From NCBI RefSeq assembly GCF_006345805.1, contig NC_043004.1, positions 57,660,001 through 57,724,000 of the forward strand: a DNA stretch of 64,000 nt. The letters run 5' to 3'. Positions 53,151 to 63,911 of this stretch are shown in pieces. The stretch's first letter is position 1; the number at the start of each line of letters is the position of its first letter. This DNA is from Octopus sinensis (taxonomy: Eukaryota). A program made the position numbers and the translations under genes. The notes beneath the pieces were generated by a model, which saw only the letters and a program-made list of their open reading frames with translations, was not told the origin of the DNA and did not search any database.

Positions 53151-53161
53151 GGACAGCATCA

Positions 53162-53193
<32 letters not shown>

Positions 53194-53203
53194 TAAAAAT
53201 AAT

Positions 53204-53264
<61 letters not shown>

Positions 53265-53312
53265 GGAAGAAGGAGAAGAAGAAGAAGAAGAGTAGTCATG
53301 ATGGGTATACTG

Positions 53313-53525
53313 AGGGGCTAAACACAGAGGGGACGAACAAGGACAGACACACGGATTAAGACAATTATATCGACCTCAGTGCGTAACTGGTACTTTTTTA
53401 ATCGACCCCGAAAGGATGAAAGGCAAAGTCAACTTCAGCGGAATTTGAACTCAGAACGTAACGGCAGACGAAATACGACTACGCATTTTGCCCGGCGTGC
53501 TAACGTTTCTGCCAGCTCGCCGCCT
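53313..53525 (-). mobile_element. SINE family C
   Basis: Reverse complement of the 30924-31155 unit. Confidence 0.9.
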
Positions 53526-53819
53526 AATAATAATAATAATAATAATAGTAGTAAAAATAATGACTATTTTAAATACTATTTTGAATGAACAAAATGGCAA
53601 CTGCGTCGGACAAAATCATTTGCAGGATTAGCGATATTTCCTCCGGCACTTAATATCTTGAGTTTATATCAACAAAAATAAACATCCTTCATGTACTGAG
53701 ATCGATAGAAATCAGCGTTGTATTCCCTCAAAAATTTCTGGCTCAGTGCCTATTTTAAGGAAGCTAGTATTATTGCTACTGCTACTGCCACTAACATTGC
53801 AACAACAACAATAACTACT

Positions 53820-54128
53820 ACTACCACTGCTGCTGTAACTGATGATGATGATGATAATAACCATTATTATTATTACTAATTATTATTAATATTATTATTA
53901 TTATTACTAATTATTATTATTATTACTAATCATTATTATTATTATTGTTATTATTACTTATTATTATTAATACTAATTATTATTATTATTATTATTACTA
54001 ATTATTATTATTATTATTATTACTAATTATTATTATTATTATTATTACTAATTATTATTATTATTACTAATTATATTATTATTATTATTATTATATTACT
54101 ATTATTATTATTATTATCATTATTATTA

Positions 54129-54204
<76 letters not shown>

Positions 54205-54205
54205 T
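53820..54205. repeat. Long (ATT)n/(AGT)n microsatellite
   Basis: Read directly. Confidence 0.95.
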
Positions 54206-54851
54206 GCTTTTATTACTGATGGTGATGTTATTTTTCTTCTTGCCATAAGAAATGCAATTATTAGAAAATTACAGAAATATAAAACGACAAAAACAAAAGC
54301 AAAATATGTATGGATGTCTTCTTCAGGGTAAAGTAAACGAAATTAGCACAGCAATGAATGAAACTGCATGGTTGAAAGCACGAATTCAAATATACAAGAC
54401 GTTTACTTCTTGAGTTTCTACTGCACATACTTTCCCCACCTGTTCTACTCTGTAACATTCTCCCATCTCATTGAAAAAAAAAATCTATGCGCCGATGGAA
54501 TTATCGTTAACATAGTATGAACACACATACATATGTAAACATCTACGTTTGACTCAGTCATGGAAATAGGTAATCGCACGAATGAAAGAAACCAAACATA
54601 CGCACACGCATGCGCACAGAAACAGATATGCGTAGGTGTGGCCGTGTGGTAATAAGCTTGCTTTCCAATCACATGTTTGTGTTGTGTGTGTATGTGTGCG
54701 TGTGTTTTCGTCTTTCTACACATAACGGCTTTACACTATTAGCTTAAGCCCTCGTAACTTAACGATTCAGGAATATGGCGTCAGACAATATGTACCAGTC
54801 TTTCAAAAGTAAGTACTACTACCGATTGGTTTGACGGAAGCATTCAGGTAA

Positions 54852-55251
54852 TCTTTATATATAAAAGTAAGGTTGTGTGCTGTCTGTCTCCTACGATTTA
54901 GATTCCTAACTACTCCCACATTTTGCGGTGCAGTTTAACCAAAACCGGATATCTTATAGTCGTGATTCATATCGATCCCTTCTGTGTATTAGCGCGCGTC
55001 TACGATGAGTCTACGATTTAAAAAAAAAATTACGATCATTTTTTCCCATTTTTAATGCATTTTTGGCATATATAAGGGAAGTAACTCTCTAAAAAATTAT
55101 TATTAAATCTCAGAACGTAAAAAGCTACAGTAACACCACCACCCCCTTTGTGGCTAGCCATATTGAGATGGCTATTATACTTTACATCTCTAAAAATGCT
55201 TATATAGTTATTTCCCTTACAAACTCGAGCAACGCCGGGCGATACTGCTAG
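54852..55251 (+). mobile_element. Non-autonomous Helitron, copy 4
   Basis: A|TCTTTATATATAAAAG start; CTCGAGCAACGCCGGGCGATACTGCTAG|T end. Confidence 0.85.
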
Positions 55252-55756
55252 TGACCTACAAAAGACTGTCGTCCGTCGACTGACAGGAATATGAATACCG
55301 AAGTGTTCTAAGATTATCTTATTGTATTTGCTTTGTGACGCTTCACTTCTCATTGGATGCAATATATTTCAGTTCCTTGTTCGTTGGAAGGATTTGATAT
55401 GTGTGTGTCCGTATTTATTGGAATATATACGCGCTTGAATATGTCTGTGTTGAACTGAGAATTTCGTTGTAAACGCTTCCGTGTCTGTTACACCATGAAT
55501 ATATGTGTGTGTGTGCGTGTGTGTGTATACTTGTATACGTTTGTGTATGTCTGTACATGTGCCTTTGCGCGGCAGTATTTAATTGCTCCTGCATAAATAT
55601 GGCAAAATACGCATATGCATACACAGAAAAATTCACAAATATCAACATTCGATCACATTGTTGTTCCTCTAGGCGTCGCACGTTAAAATGGCAGAGGTGT
55701 TTATTCAGATTAATGTAGTGACTGCATGTTCAGCGCGTGTGAAGTGTAGAACGTGA

Positions 55757-55770
55757 GTTGCCATAGTAAC
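55757..55770. promoter_or_regulatory. RFX X-box-like motif
   Basis: GTTGCCATAGTAAC fits GTNRCC-N(0-3)-RGYAAC and lies in non-repetitive sequence; single-motif evidence only. Confidence 0.25.
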
Positions 55771-56148
55771 TGCTATTGACGTATTTCAGAGAGAAAAGTA
55801 ATTCTTTAGCACAGGTTTAAAAACAATCTTTGAAAATACTTTCAACGAAAATATCTTTCATATTATTTTCTTTTCCAAATTTTTTTTCTTCTGTGTGGTA
55901 ATTAGTAGTGATATTTTTTCTGAATATATGATGTATGTAATCCTTTTAAAGAAACGGGCGTCGATTGATTAGTTATTGATACATAACCTAGATTATAAGG
56001 ATCACACCAAAATGAATTCTCGATTTAAAGTATTCACCTGCGTCTATTGTGAGAGAATGTCTCACCCAAGTACAGTCGCTCACAATTACGGAGGATAGAG
56101 TCTATTTCAGATTAAAGCGGTTATCTTTCAAATTTGCTTGACTAATAT

Positions 56149-56366
56149 ATTTCTTTACTACCCACAAGGGGCTAAACACAGAGGAGACAAACAAGGACAG
56201 ACAAACGGATTAAGTTGATTACATCGACCCCAGTGCGTAACTGGTACTTAATTTATCGACCCCGGAAGGATGAAAGGCAAAGTCGACCTCGGCGGAATTT
56301 GAACTCGGAACGTAACGGCAACGCATTTCGCCCGGCGTGCTAACGTTTCTGCCAGCTCGCCGCCCT
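56149..56366 (-). mobile_element. Full-length SINE family C copy with a 16-bp target-site duplication
   Basis: Flanked by TTTGCTTGACTAATAT (56133-56148) and TTTGTTTGACTAATAT (56367-56382), one mismatch. Confidence 0.9.
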
Positions 56367-56964
56367 TTTGTTTGACTAATATGCTGCAAAGACATACGCA
56401 TGAGAAGCTATGGAATCATTACTGCAATCAGCTAAGGTATAGAGAATTTGATGAGATTCATTAGCCTTGACAACACGATGGGAGAGTGGTATGCGTAAGG
56501 TAGAATAACTTGATGTAGTGAATACAAATATAAAAATAATAGTGGCAGAAAAACTTGATTGCAGTAAAGTGTTCTTGAGCAATGATATGAGCATGGAAAT
56601 AAGCTAAATTAGTTATCCAAATTATTTCGAATTAATTGCTAAATTCTAAATACGAAGAGACCGCTGCAAGTTTGCCTTAGCAACAAAAATATCCAGGAGA
56701 ATATATGGTGGTTAAAAATTAAAAATACATTCTAGATTGACAACATTTATTGAGGAAATAAAGAAAGACATTCACGAGCTACAGTTATAATTTATAATGG
56801 AACTGGTGCTGGCGAGGCTGTGTAGTAAGAAGGTTGCTTCCGAAACACACGATGTCGGGTTCAGTCACTGCGTAACACCTTGGGCAAGTGTCTTCTGCTA
56901 TAGCCTCGGGCCGACCAAAGTATTGTGAGTGGATTTGGTAGACGGAAACAGAAAGAAGCTCGTC

Positions 56965-57005
<41 letters not shown>

Positions 57006-57010
<5 letters not shown>

Positions 57011-57051
57011 ATCTATATGGTGTTAACCATACGACACCATATAGATTTCTG
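57006..57051. repeat. Perfect 18-bp inverted repeat (10-nt loop) next to (TA)n
   Basis: CAGAAATCTATATGGTGT-taaccatacg-ACACCATATAGATTTCTG. Confidence 0.95.
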
Positions 57052-57186
57052 GTACATCCAAGTTAAGTACCATATTCATGTGAATTCAATAGAACTCACT
57101 TGAATCTTAATTGCTTATACCGTATATATATATATATATTATATATATATATATACGCGAGAAAGAAGCAACAAGAATGGATAGGT

Positions 57187-57277
57187 TTTTAGTACGATCG
57201 TTTCATACAAGGACAGGTTTTATTAAAAGTTGCAAAGATTACAGCATATAAACGAGTCCCGTACTCATCAGCTAAAA
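57187..57277 (-). ncRNA. Type I hammerhead ribozyme (left arm of the palindrome)
   Basis: Mirror image of 57406-57495; TCATCAG at 57265-57271. Confidence 0.8.
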
Positions 57278-57405
57278 TACATGTAAGTTCTCTAGACATC
57301 CTAGTGTTTGAGGCTATACTCATGAAGTAATGTAGATATTAAATTATCTACATTACTTCATGAGTATAGCCTCAAACACTAGGATGTCTAGAGAACTTAC
57401 ATGTA

Positions 57406-57495
57406 TTTTAGCTGATGAGTACGGGACTCGTTATATGCTGTAATCTTTGCAACTTTTAATAAAACCTGTCCTTGTATGAAACGATCGTACTAAAA
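57406..57495 (+). ncRNA. Type I hammerhead ribozyme (right arm of the palindrome)
   Basis: TTTTAG-CTGATGA(57412-57418)-GTACGGGAC...GTCCTTGTAT-GAAA(57478-57481)-CGATC-GTA(57487-57489)-CTAAAA. All core positions are canonical and helix III is the palindrome ACGATCGT. Confidence 0.82.
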
Positions 57496-57647
57496 ACCTA
57501 TCCATTCTTGTTGCTTCTTTCTCGCTTATAATCACCCCACATTACTGTATTGTTAATCAGTATAGTTTTTTTTGTGCATCTAAGTTAGGTACCATATTCA
57601 AGTAAATTTTTAAAATTAACTTGAATCTTTATTGCTCTTTGTATATA

Positions 57648-57689
<42 letters not shown>

Positions 57690-58199
57690 GATTGTGCTAG
57701 TCTTTGTTCCCCACCAACATCGCTTAAAAACCGATGATGGTTTGTTTACGTTCACGTAACTTAGTGGTTCGGCAATAGAGGCCAATAGAATAAGTACTAG
57801 GCTAACAAAGGAAAAGTTCGATTAAAAGCCTTGAATGAGGTTTCTCCAGCTTGACCGCAGTGAAAATGACTGAAAAACGTAAAAGAATAGCGTTGTGAAT
57901 CATTCTTTAATACATCAATACGGCGACGGCAAGGCTCAGCACTTTATATGCTATCGGTATATCTGAAATTTATGATGGTTGGAGATCCTGCTGTAAACAG
58001 TTATAGAGATACATTCCATTTCATGCTCCAGCCATGATATCATATTATCTGTTCAGGAATCGAACAGCCAGAGGAACGAAACTAACTCATCCCTGTATCT
58101 GAAAAGACACATGGATTATTTTGCAAGAGGGCAATTACATTTCGCTTTCTTCAATGCCTGAAGTAAAATCTGTTGATGACCACAAAAAGGAACTTATGT

Positions 58200-58446
58200 G
58201 TAACAAATTATTTATACTTGACGGATATTGTTTGTTGTTAACACAACGTTTGGGCTGATATACCCTCCAGCCTTCAGCAGGTGTCTTGGGGAAAATTCAA
58301 ACCGGGGTTCTCATTCCTAAGGTATTTTCACGACGTTGTAGTAGTTGTTCGTCCTCTTATTATTATTAAGTTCACTGCCTGGAATCGAACTCGGAATCTT
58401 GAGTTAGTATCAAGCGCTTTTAACCACTACGCCATATGTCCGTGGG
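58200..58446 (-). mobile_element. tRNA-headed, hammerhead-tailed element, copy 1 (head intact)
   Basis: Minus strand: TGGCGTAGTGGTTAAAAGCG (A box)...GAGTTCGATTCC (B box)-(AAT)n-GAAAATACCTTAGGAATGAGAACC...GACAC-CTGCTGA-AGGCTG..CAGCC-CAAA-CGTT-GTGTT (58240-58285). Confidence 0.75.
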
Positions 58447-58706
58447 CAATTATGGAGTGAATTTTAGGGCTTATAAATCTAATATTTTTCTATCCTTCCT
58501 TAATACCGGTTCACATATGCTATTCATATCTACACTCGGTCTGCTTAGGAGGTTTTTGTCTCCTAACATATGTGCTGCTTCTTTTAATTTTCGTATTTTC
58601 CAAGTGGTGTTCTCTGTCTATCATTTTAACTTCATCCTACAGGGGGAGGTGGTCTTCATTTTCCATGCATGATCAGCTCTACTCGATCTATCAATATTAT
58701 TATTAT

Positions 58707-58739
58707 TCAGCCAGTGACCTGAATAATAATAATAATAAC

Positions 58740-58806
<67 letters not shown>

Positions 58807-58985
58807 CAACATCGAAAAATACCTTAGGAATGAGAACCCAGGTTCGAAGTTTCCCCAAGACACCTTATGAAGGCTGGAGGGCATAGCAGCCGAAACGATG
58901 TGTTAACAACAGACAAGATGAGGACAAATATCCGTCACAATTAAATAATGTACATGATTCCATATCTCTTAAATGTAGAACTGTA
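58707..58985 (+). mobile_element. tRNA-headed, hammerhead-tailed element, copy 2 (5'-truncated)
   Basis: CAGTGACCTG-(AAT)n-GAAAAATACCTTAGGAATGAGAACCCAGG...GACAC-CTTATGA-AGGCTG..CAGCC-GAAA-CGAT-GTGTT (58859-58904). Confidence 0.75.
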
Positions 58986-60012
58986 TTATGCGTAACCTTC
59001 CTGTCGAGGTGATGATGAGAATAGATGAAAGTGGTGCCTTCCACCACTGCGTAGATTTTTCATAGCATAATGTGTCGTTGTTGAAAATATCTCCTTCATA
59101 ACACTTAAAGCTCACATCTTATTTTGGTTTCTATATCCCAGAATATAGCTGCTTCGTCATCCCTTGTAACATTTATGTTGCATGTTCATCACATCACATT
59201 TTTCTCCTAACTCCACGAAGCTTAATTGAAGCGTCGCTTATTATTTTGAATCATCATCATCATCGTCATCATCCTCATCATCAACATAGTCGTCTTCGTC
59301 ATCGTCACCATCATCATCATCATCATCACCACCACCCTCACCATCGCTGCCGCCTTCATCATCATGATCGGTGTATGTCGATCATATCAGTGAACTTGCT
59401 TCTTGGAATTTTCTGACTGAGTGACACGGCTCAATGAAAGAGTCTTTTCGAATAATGAATAGATGTATTCTGCCTCTCCTCTGTCCTTCTCTATAACTCC
59501 AATGCCACTCAATTATTTCAATAGCGCATTCAGAAATGATTCCAACAGTTCTAATGTTATAATAGCTACTTTCAATAGCATGTTCATGTTTTCTCATCTA
59601 ATTCGCAGGTCTCATTTTCTAAGACTAATCTCTTCCTTGTTTTAGGCCGACTCTGCAATTATGCAAATCAACTAAATTTAATTTATGTTATTGCGCAGTT
59701 GACAAACACGATATGCTCATGTGAACCAGCAAGTGTGTGTGTGAATGTGTGTGCGTTTGTATGTGAGTATCTGCGTTTGTTTTATAAATATTTAGTGTAT
59801 ATTTTTTGGATAAATTCTACATTCTTTGAGTCAGAGATAGAATAACTATCTAATAAAACACCATTGTTAAAAGCAAGTGTTAGTTCATACATTTTTAACC
59901 CCACAAATATATGCAGGTTTTGGTAATTCTGCAATAGACAGAACTGTTGGGAGTTGTATAAGATCATAAATGTTTATGGGGTATTAATGTTCTGATATAA
60001 TCATTCCTTAAT

Positions 60013-60290
60013 AGAGTACTATATTGAAGAGATGAGAAGTTATGTACATTATCTACATAATAACCCCAAGATTCCGAGTACGATTCCAAGCAGTGATCTG
60101 AACAACAACAATAATAATAATAATAATAATAATAATAAGATCGAAAATACCTTAGAAATGAGAACCCAGGATCGAAATTTCCCCAAGGCACCTGAAGAAA
60201 GCTGGCGGGTATATCAGCCGCAACTTGGAGTTAACAACAAGCAAGATGAGGACAGATATCCGTAAAATGTAAATGATGTAACAATTCCTT
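60013..60290 (+). mobile_element. tRNA-headed, hammerhead-tailed element, copy 3 (5'-truncated within the head, with an inverted tail copy at the 5' end)
   Basis: TAACCCCAAGATTCCGAGTACGATTCCAAGCAGTGA-(AAT)n-...GGCAC-CTGAAGA-AAGCTG..CAGCC-GCAA-CTTG-GAGTT (60187-60232). 60013-60058 is the reverse complement of the family 3' tail seen at 58942-58985. Confidence 0.72.
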
Positions 60291-60408
60291 ATTGTACAAA
60301 AAGAGCAATCGCCTATTCAATTAGAGGAACATGCTAGAATGTTTTGTTGCGTAAAAGATTGTACTTTCACACACATGCGTGCACATATATGTCAGTACGT
60401 GTGCATAT

Positions 60409-60800
60409 AGGCGCAGGAGTAGTTGTGTGGTAAGTAGTTTACTTACCAACCACATGGTTCCAGGTTCAGCCCCACTGCGTGGCACCTTGAGCAAGTGTCT
60501 TCTACTATAGATTCGGGCCAACCAAAGCCTTGTGAGTGGATTTGGTGGACGGGAGCTGAAAGAAGCAGGTCGCATATATGTATATGTATGTGTGTGCGTT
60601 TGTGTGTATGTGTTTGTCCTTCCAACATCGCTTGACAACCGATGTTCGTGTTTTTACGACCCCATAACTTAGCGGTTCGGCAAAAGAGACCGATAGAATA
60701 AGTACTAGGCTTACAAAGAATAAGTCCTGGGGTCAATTTGCTTGACTAAAGGCGGTGCTGCAGCATGGCCGCAGTCAAATGACTGAAACAAGTAAAAGGG
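60409..60800 (+). mobile_element. SINE family A, full-length
   Basis: tRNA-like head (A box TAGTTGTGTGG, B box GGTTCAGCCCC), the CACCTTGAGCAAGTGTCTT motif, an internal TA/TG tract, and the tail GGCGGTGCTGCAGCATGGCCGCAGTCAAATGACTGAAACAAGTAAAAG. Confidence 0.92.
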
Positions 60801-60889
60801 TAAAAGAGTATATTTATGTATATGTTTGAATGTGTCTGTTCACCGATATATATAATATATATATATATATAATATATATATATATATAT

Positions 60890-60950
<61 letters not shown>

Positions 60951-60951
<1 letters not shown>

Positions 60952-61262
60952 GAGGCGCAATGGCCCAGTGGTTTAGGGCAGCGGACTCGCGGTTGTTGGA
61001 TCGCGGTTTCGATACCCAGACCGGGCGTTGTGAATGTTTATTGAGTGAAAACACCTAAAGCTCCACGAGGCTTCGGCAGAGGGTGGTGGCGATCCCTGCT
61101 TTACTCTTTCGCCACAACTTTCTCTCACTCTTTCTTCTGTTGGCCTGCTCGTTTAGCCAGCGGGGTGGCGTCGTTTGAAGGCTAAAACAATGCGAAGCGC
61201 ATTGTGACTAGCAATGTGTAGCAACATCTGATAGCCTGGTCGGTCACGGTGATCACGGTGAT
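60951..61262 (+). mobile_element. SINE family B, full-length
   Basis: GGAGGCGCAATGGCCCAGTGGTTTAGGGCAGCGGACTCG...GGTTTCGATACCC (A/B boxes), ending GGTCACGGTGATCACGGTGATA. Confidence 0.9.
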
Positions 61263-61653
61263 ATATATATATATGTTTGCGTGTATATTTGAATCTGAGT
61301 CTATGTGTATACGTGCGAATGAGCCCATTGTTATACATGTATGATAATATGGGCATGGAGAAATATGAAAATATTATATACATACATATATACGTACATA
61401 GGCACAAAAAGATACGTACTGATAACTGTAAAAATCATTTCTTAATCGTACAACCTAACAAATCTCCCATTAGATATAAGGTCAGTATAGGGAGAAAAAT
61501 AGCACTTTTCTATATTTCTGAAGATAAACAATACATCCTTAAATAGAATATTGTTAACACCAACAGCTAACAGGCATACGAACGTACACACATACAAACA
61601 CACACAGAGATGCACTTACATATTTGTATATGTAAATATCTATATATATATTC

Positions 61654-61707
<54 letters not shown>

Positions 61708-62279
61708 TTATATAGATATGTACACACACACATATATATACGTTCATTTTATGCATATTTAACTTAACGTCCCCTAATACTTTCACTTTATGTCACGTGG
61801 TAAGGTCTCCTTGCCAACTCTAATAGACTACACAAATGAATAAACGAAATTTTTAAGAAACAAAATAGATTTAGAATCGGCTTAGACATGCGTTCAGAAA
61901 TATATCGATTGCATGTTGCTAGCCCAAAGACTATTTTTAGGAACGTGATGAATTCAATTGGAATAGAAGTTGCCGTATTTGTTTAAATCAACACCATCGG
62001 ATTAAATGAAGACAACTAACACTGTCGAAATGTAATATCTGAGCCAAATAGTATAGAAACTGAATACTTTCGATTATCTAGTCTTTGTTTTTATACTATA
62101 ATCTTCTATTTACACATGTTATTCATGCATCAGGGTTTAGCGATCACCTGAGAAATGTTAATGGCTTGAAATAGTCGAAACTCCTGACTAGTATCTACCT
62201 CACATCATTTGGTCATTTTAGTTTGTGACATTATACCCTTCATGGTTGAATCTTTCTTTCTGTTCGTTTACAATTAACT

Positions 62280-62600
62280 AGGCGCATGAGTGGCTGTGTG
62301 GTAAGTAGCTTGCTAACCAGCTACATGGTTCCGGGTTCAGTCCCACTGCGTGGCATCTTGGGCAATTGTCTTCTGCTATAGCCCCGGACCGACCAATGTC
62401 TTGTGAGTGGATTTGGTAGACGGAAACTGAAAGAAGCCTGTCTTATATATGTATATATGTATGTGTGTGTGTGTGTGTGTTGTGTCTGTGTTTGTCCCCC
62501 TAGCATTGCTTGACAACCGATGCTGGTGTGTTTACGTCCCCGTCACTTAGCGGTTCGGCAAAAGAGACAGATAGAATAAGTACTGGGCTTACAAAGAATA
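62280..62600 (+). mobile_element. SINE family A, 3'-truncated
   Basis: Matches 60409 onward up to GGCTTACAAAGAATAAG; the terminal stem-loop is missing. Confidence 0.9.
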
Positions 62601-63442
62601 AGAGAGAGAAAGAGTAAGTAATATACTAGTAGAAATTCCACCTGTTCCATTCTTACTTCTCTTTAGTTCCTCCAATATTGGCTTTGTGCATTATTGATAA
62701 ACCAGTATTAAATTAAGTGGAAATTTCAATAATCAATATTAGGTTAGCTGCTCTCATATAAATTAAAATAAAGAAATCAAATATATCGGTAGGATATTTA
62801 GTTTTTAAAGACATTATAGTATCCATCATTTTAGTCGTTTCTATGGTTACAAATTATCTATATAAATTGGTGCCTGTTAATTATTGCTTATGAAAAATAA
62901 ATTCAAAGGTCTGAAACCACGCGTGAAATAGTTGATTTTAATATAAGTGATTAAGAGGAAATGCAACAGCTTTTCCCAACATGTTGGTTAGGTACAGTGT
63001 GTATCAGAAGCACACGAGTGTTACTCTAATTCTACTTGAAACGATAAAGTGTTCCTATGTACTTGAGTTTAATAAATAACTGCAGTGTACGGAATAAACC
63101 CCTTTTGAAATAGTAATTTATGAAATGATTCTTAGCGCCAGCTTAGTGGTAAAGATATTTCACTTAGGATCTTAAGGCCGCAGGTTCGAGCAGTGACCTT
63201 ATTACATGTATACATATATATTTCTTTTGTTTATGACGCTGTTATATTTAATTTATTTATCCGCATAATTAACTCCACATCTGATCACCTAGATTCCTTT
63301 TATAACAATTCTTTACATCATGGAATTGGCTCCTGGTAAAGACATCGGAGTCTAAGTTCGAATCATTCGAGCGGTACAGACAGTTTCTTTTTCATACCAA
63401 GAATCTCTACATCTCGTCTGTTGGATGTATGTATATATATAT

Positions 63443-63483
<41 letters not shown>

Positions 63484-63860
63484 ACATATATATATATATA
63501 TAATATATATATATAAGTATAAGATGTGTTATGAGCATTTATATCTTATATATACTCATATAAACTATATAAACTTTTCTAAAATGTTAATCCATGCATA
63601 CGATCGTTTCAAATGTTAATACCAACATGTAAGGAACATGAAACAAATTTTATTAATTACAATTAAATTAATTTCATTTCATATTACCATTCTCCTCAGT
63701 GCAAAAAGAATACATCAGAAAGGTAGTATCACAATAATAATATGTTGTTACAGGAGACTATATGGAGTTTGTGTCACAACTCATTCGGATGTTCATAAAA
63801 TTATTATGAAAGATGAAACATGCTTAGGTAGTGTTGAGTCTAGTTGTTTAAGAACTAAAA

Positions 63861-63911
<51 letters not shown>

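Larger units (their letters stand above)
57157..57525. repeat. 369-bp near-perfect palindrome (182/181-nt arms, 6-nt centre, one 1-nt indel)
   Basis: 57157-57338 is the reverse complement of 57345-57525 except for one A in GCATATAA(A)CGAG. Confidence 0.97.
56808..57887 (+). mobile_element. SINE family A split by a ~700-bp insertion in its internal (TA)n
   Basis: 5' half at 56808-56966 and 3' half at ~57685-57887, collinear with the intact copy at 60409-60800. Confidence 0.85.

Noticed and set aside
58360-58446. tRNA gene calls for A/B-box-containing segments (also 10560-10635, 17612-17689, 60951-61020, 63140-63200)
   Set aside because: I could not build a complete acceptor stem or cloverleaf, and each is attached to a SINE body or is degenerate.
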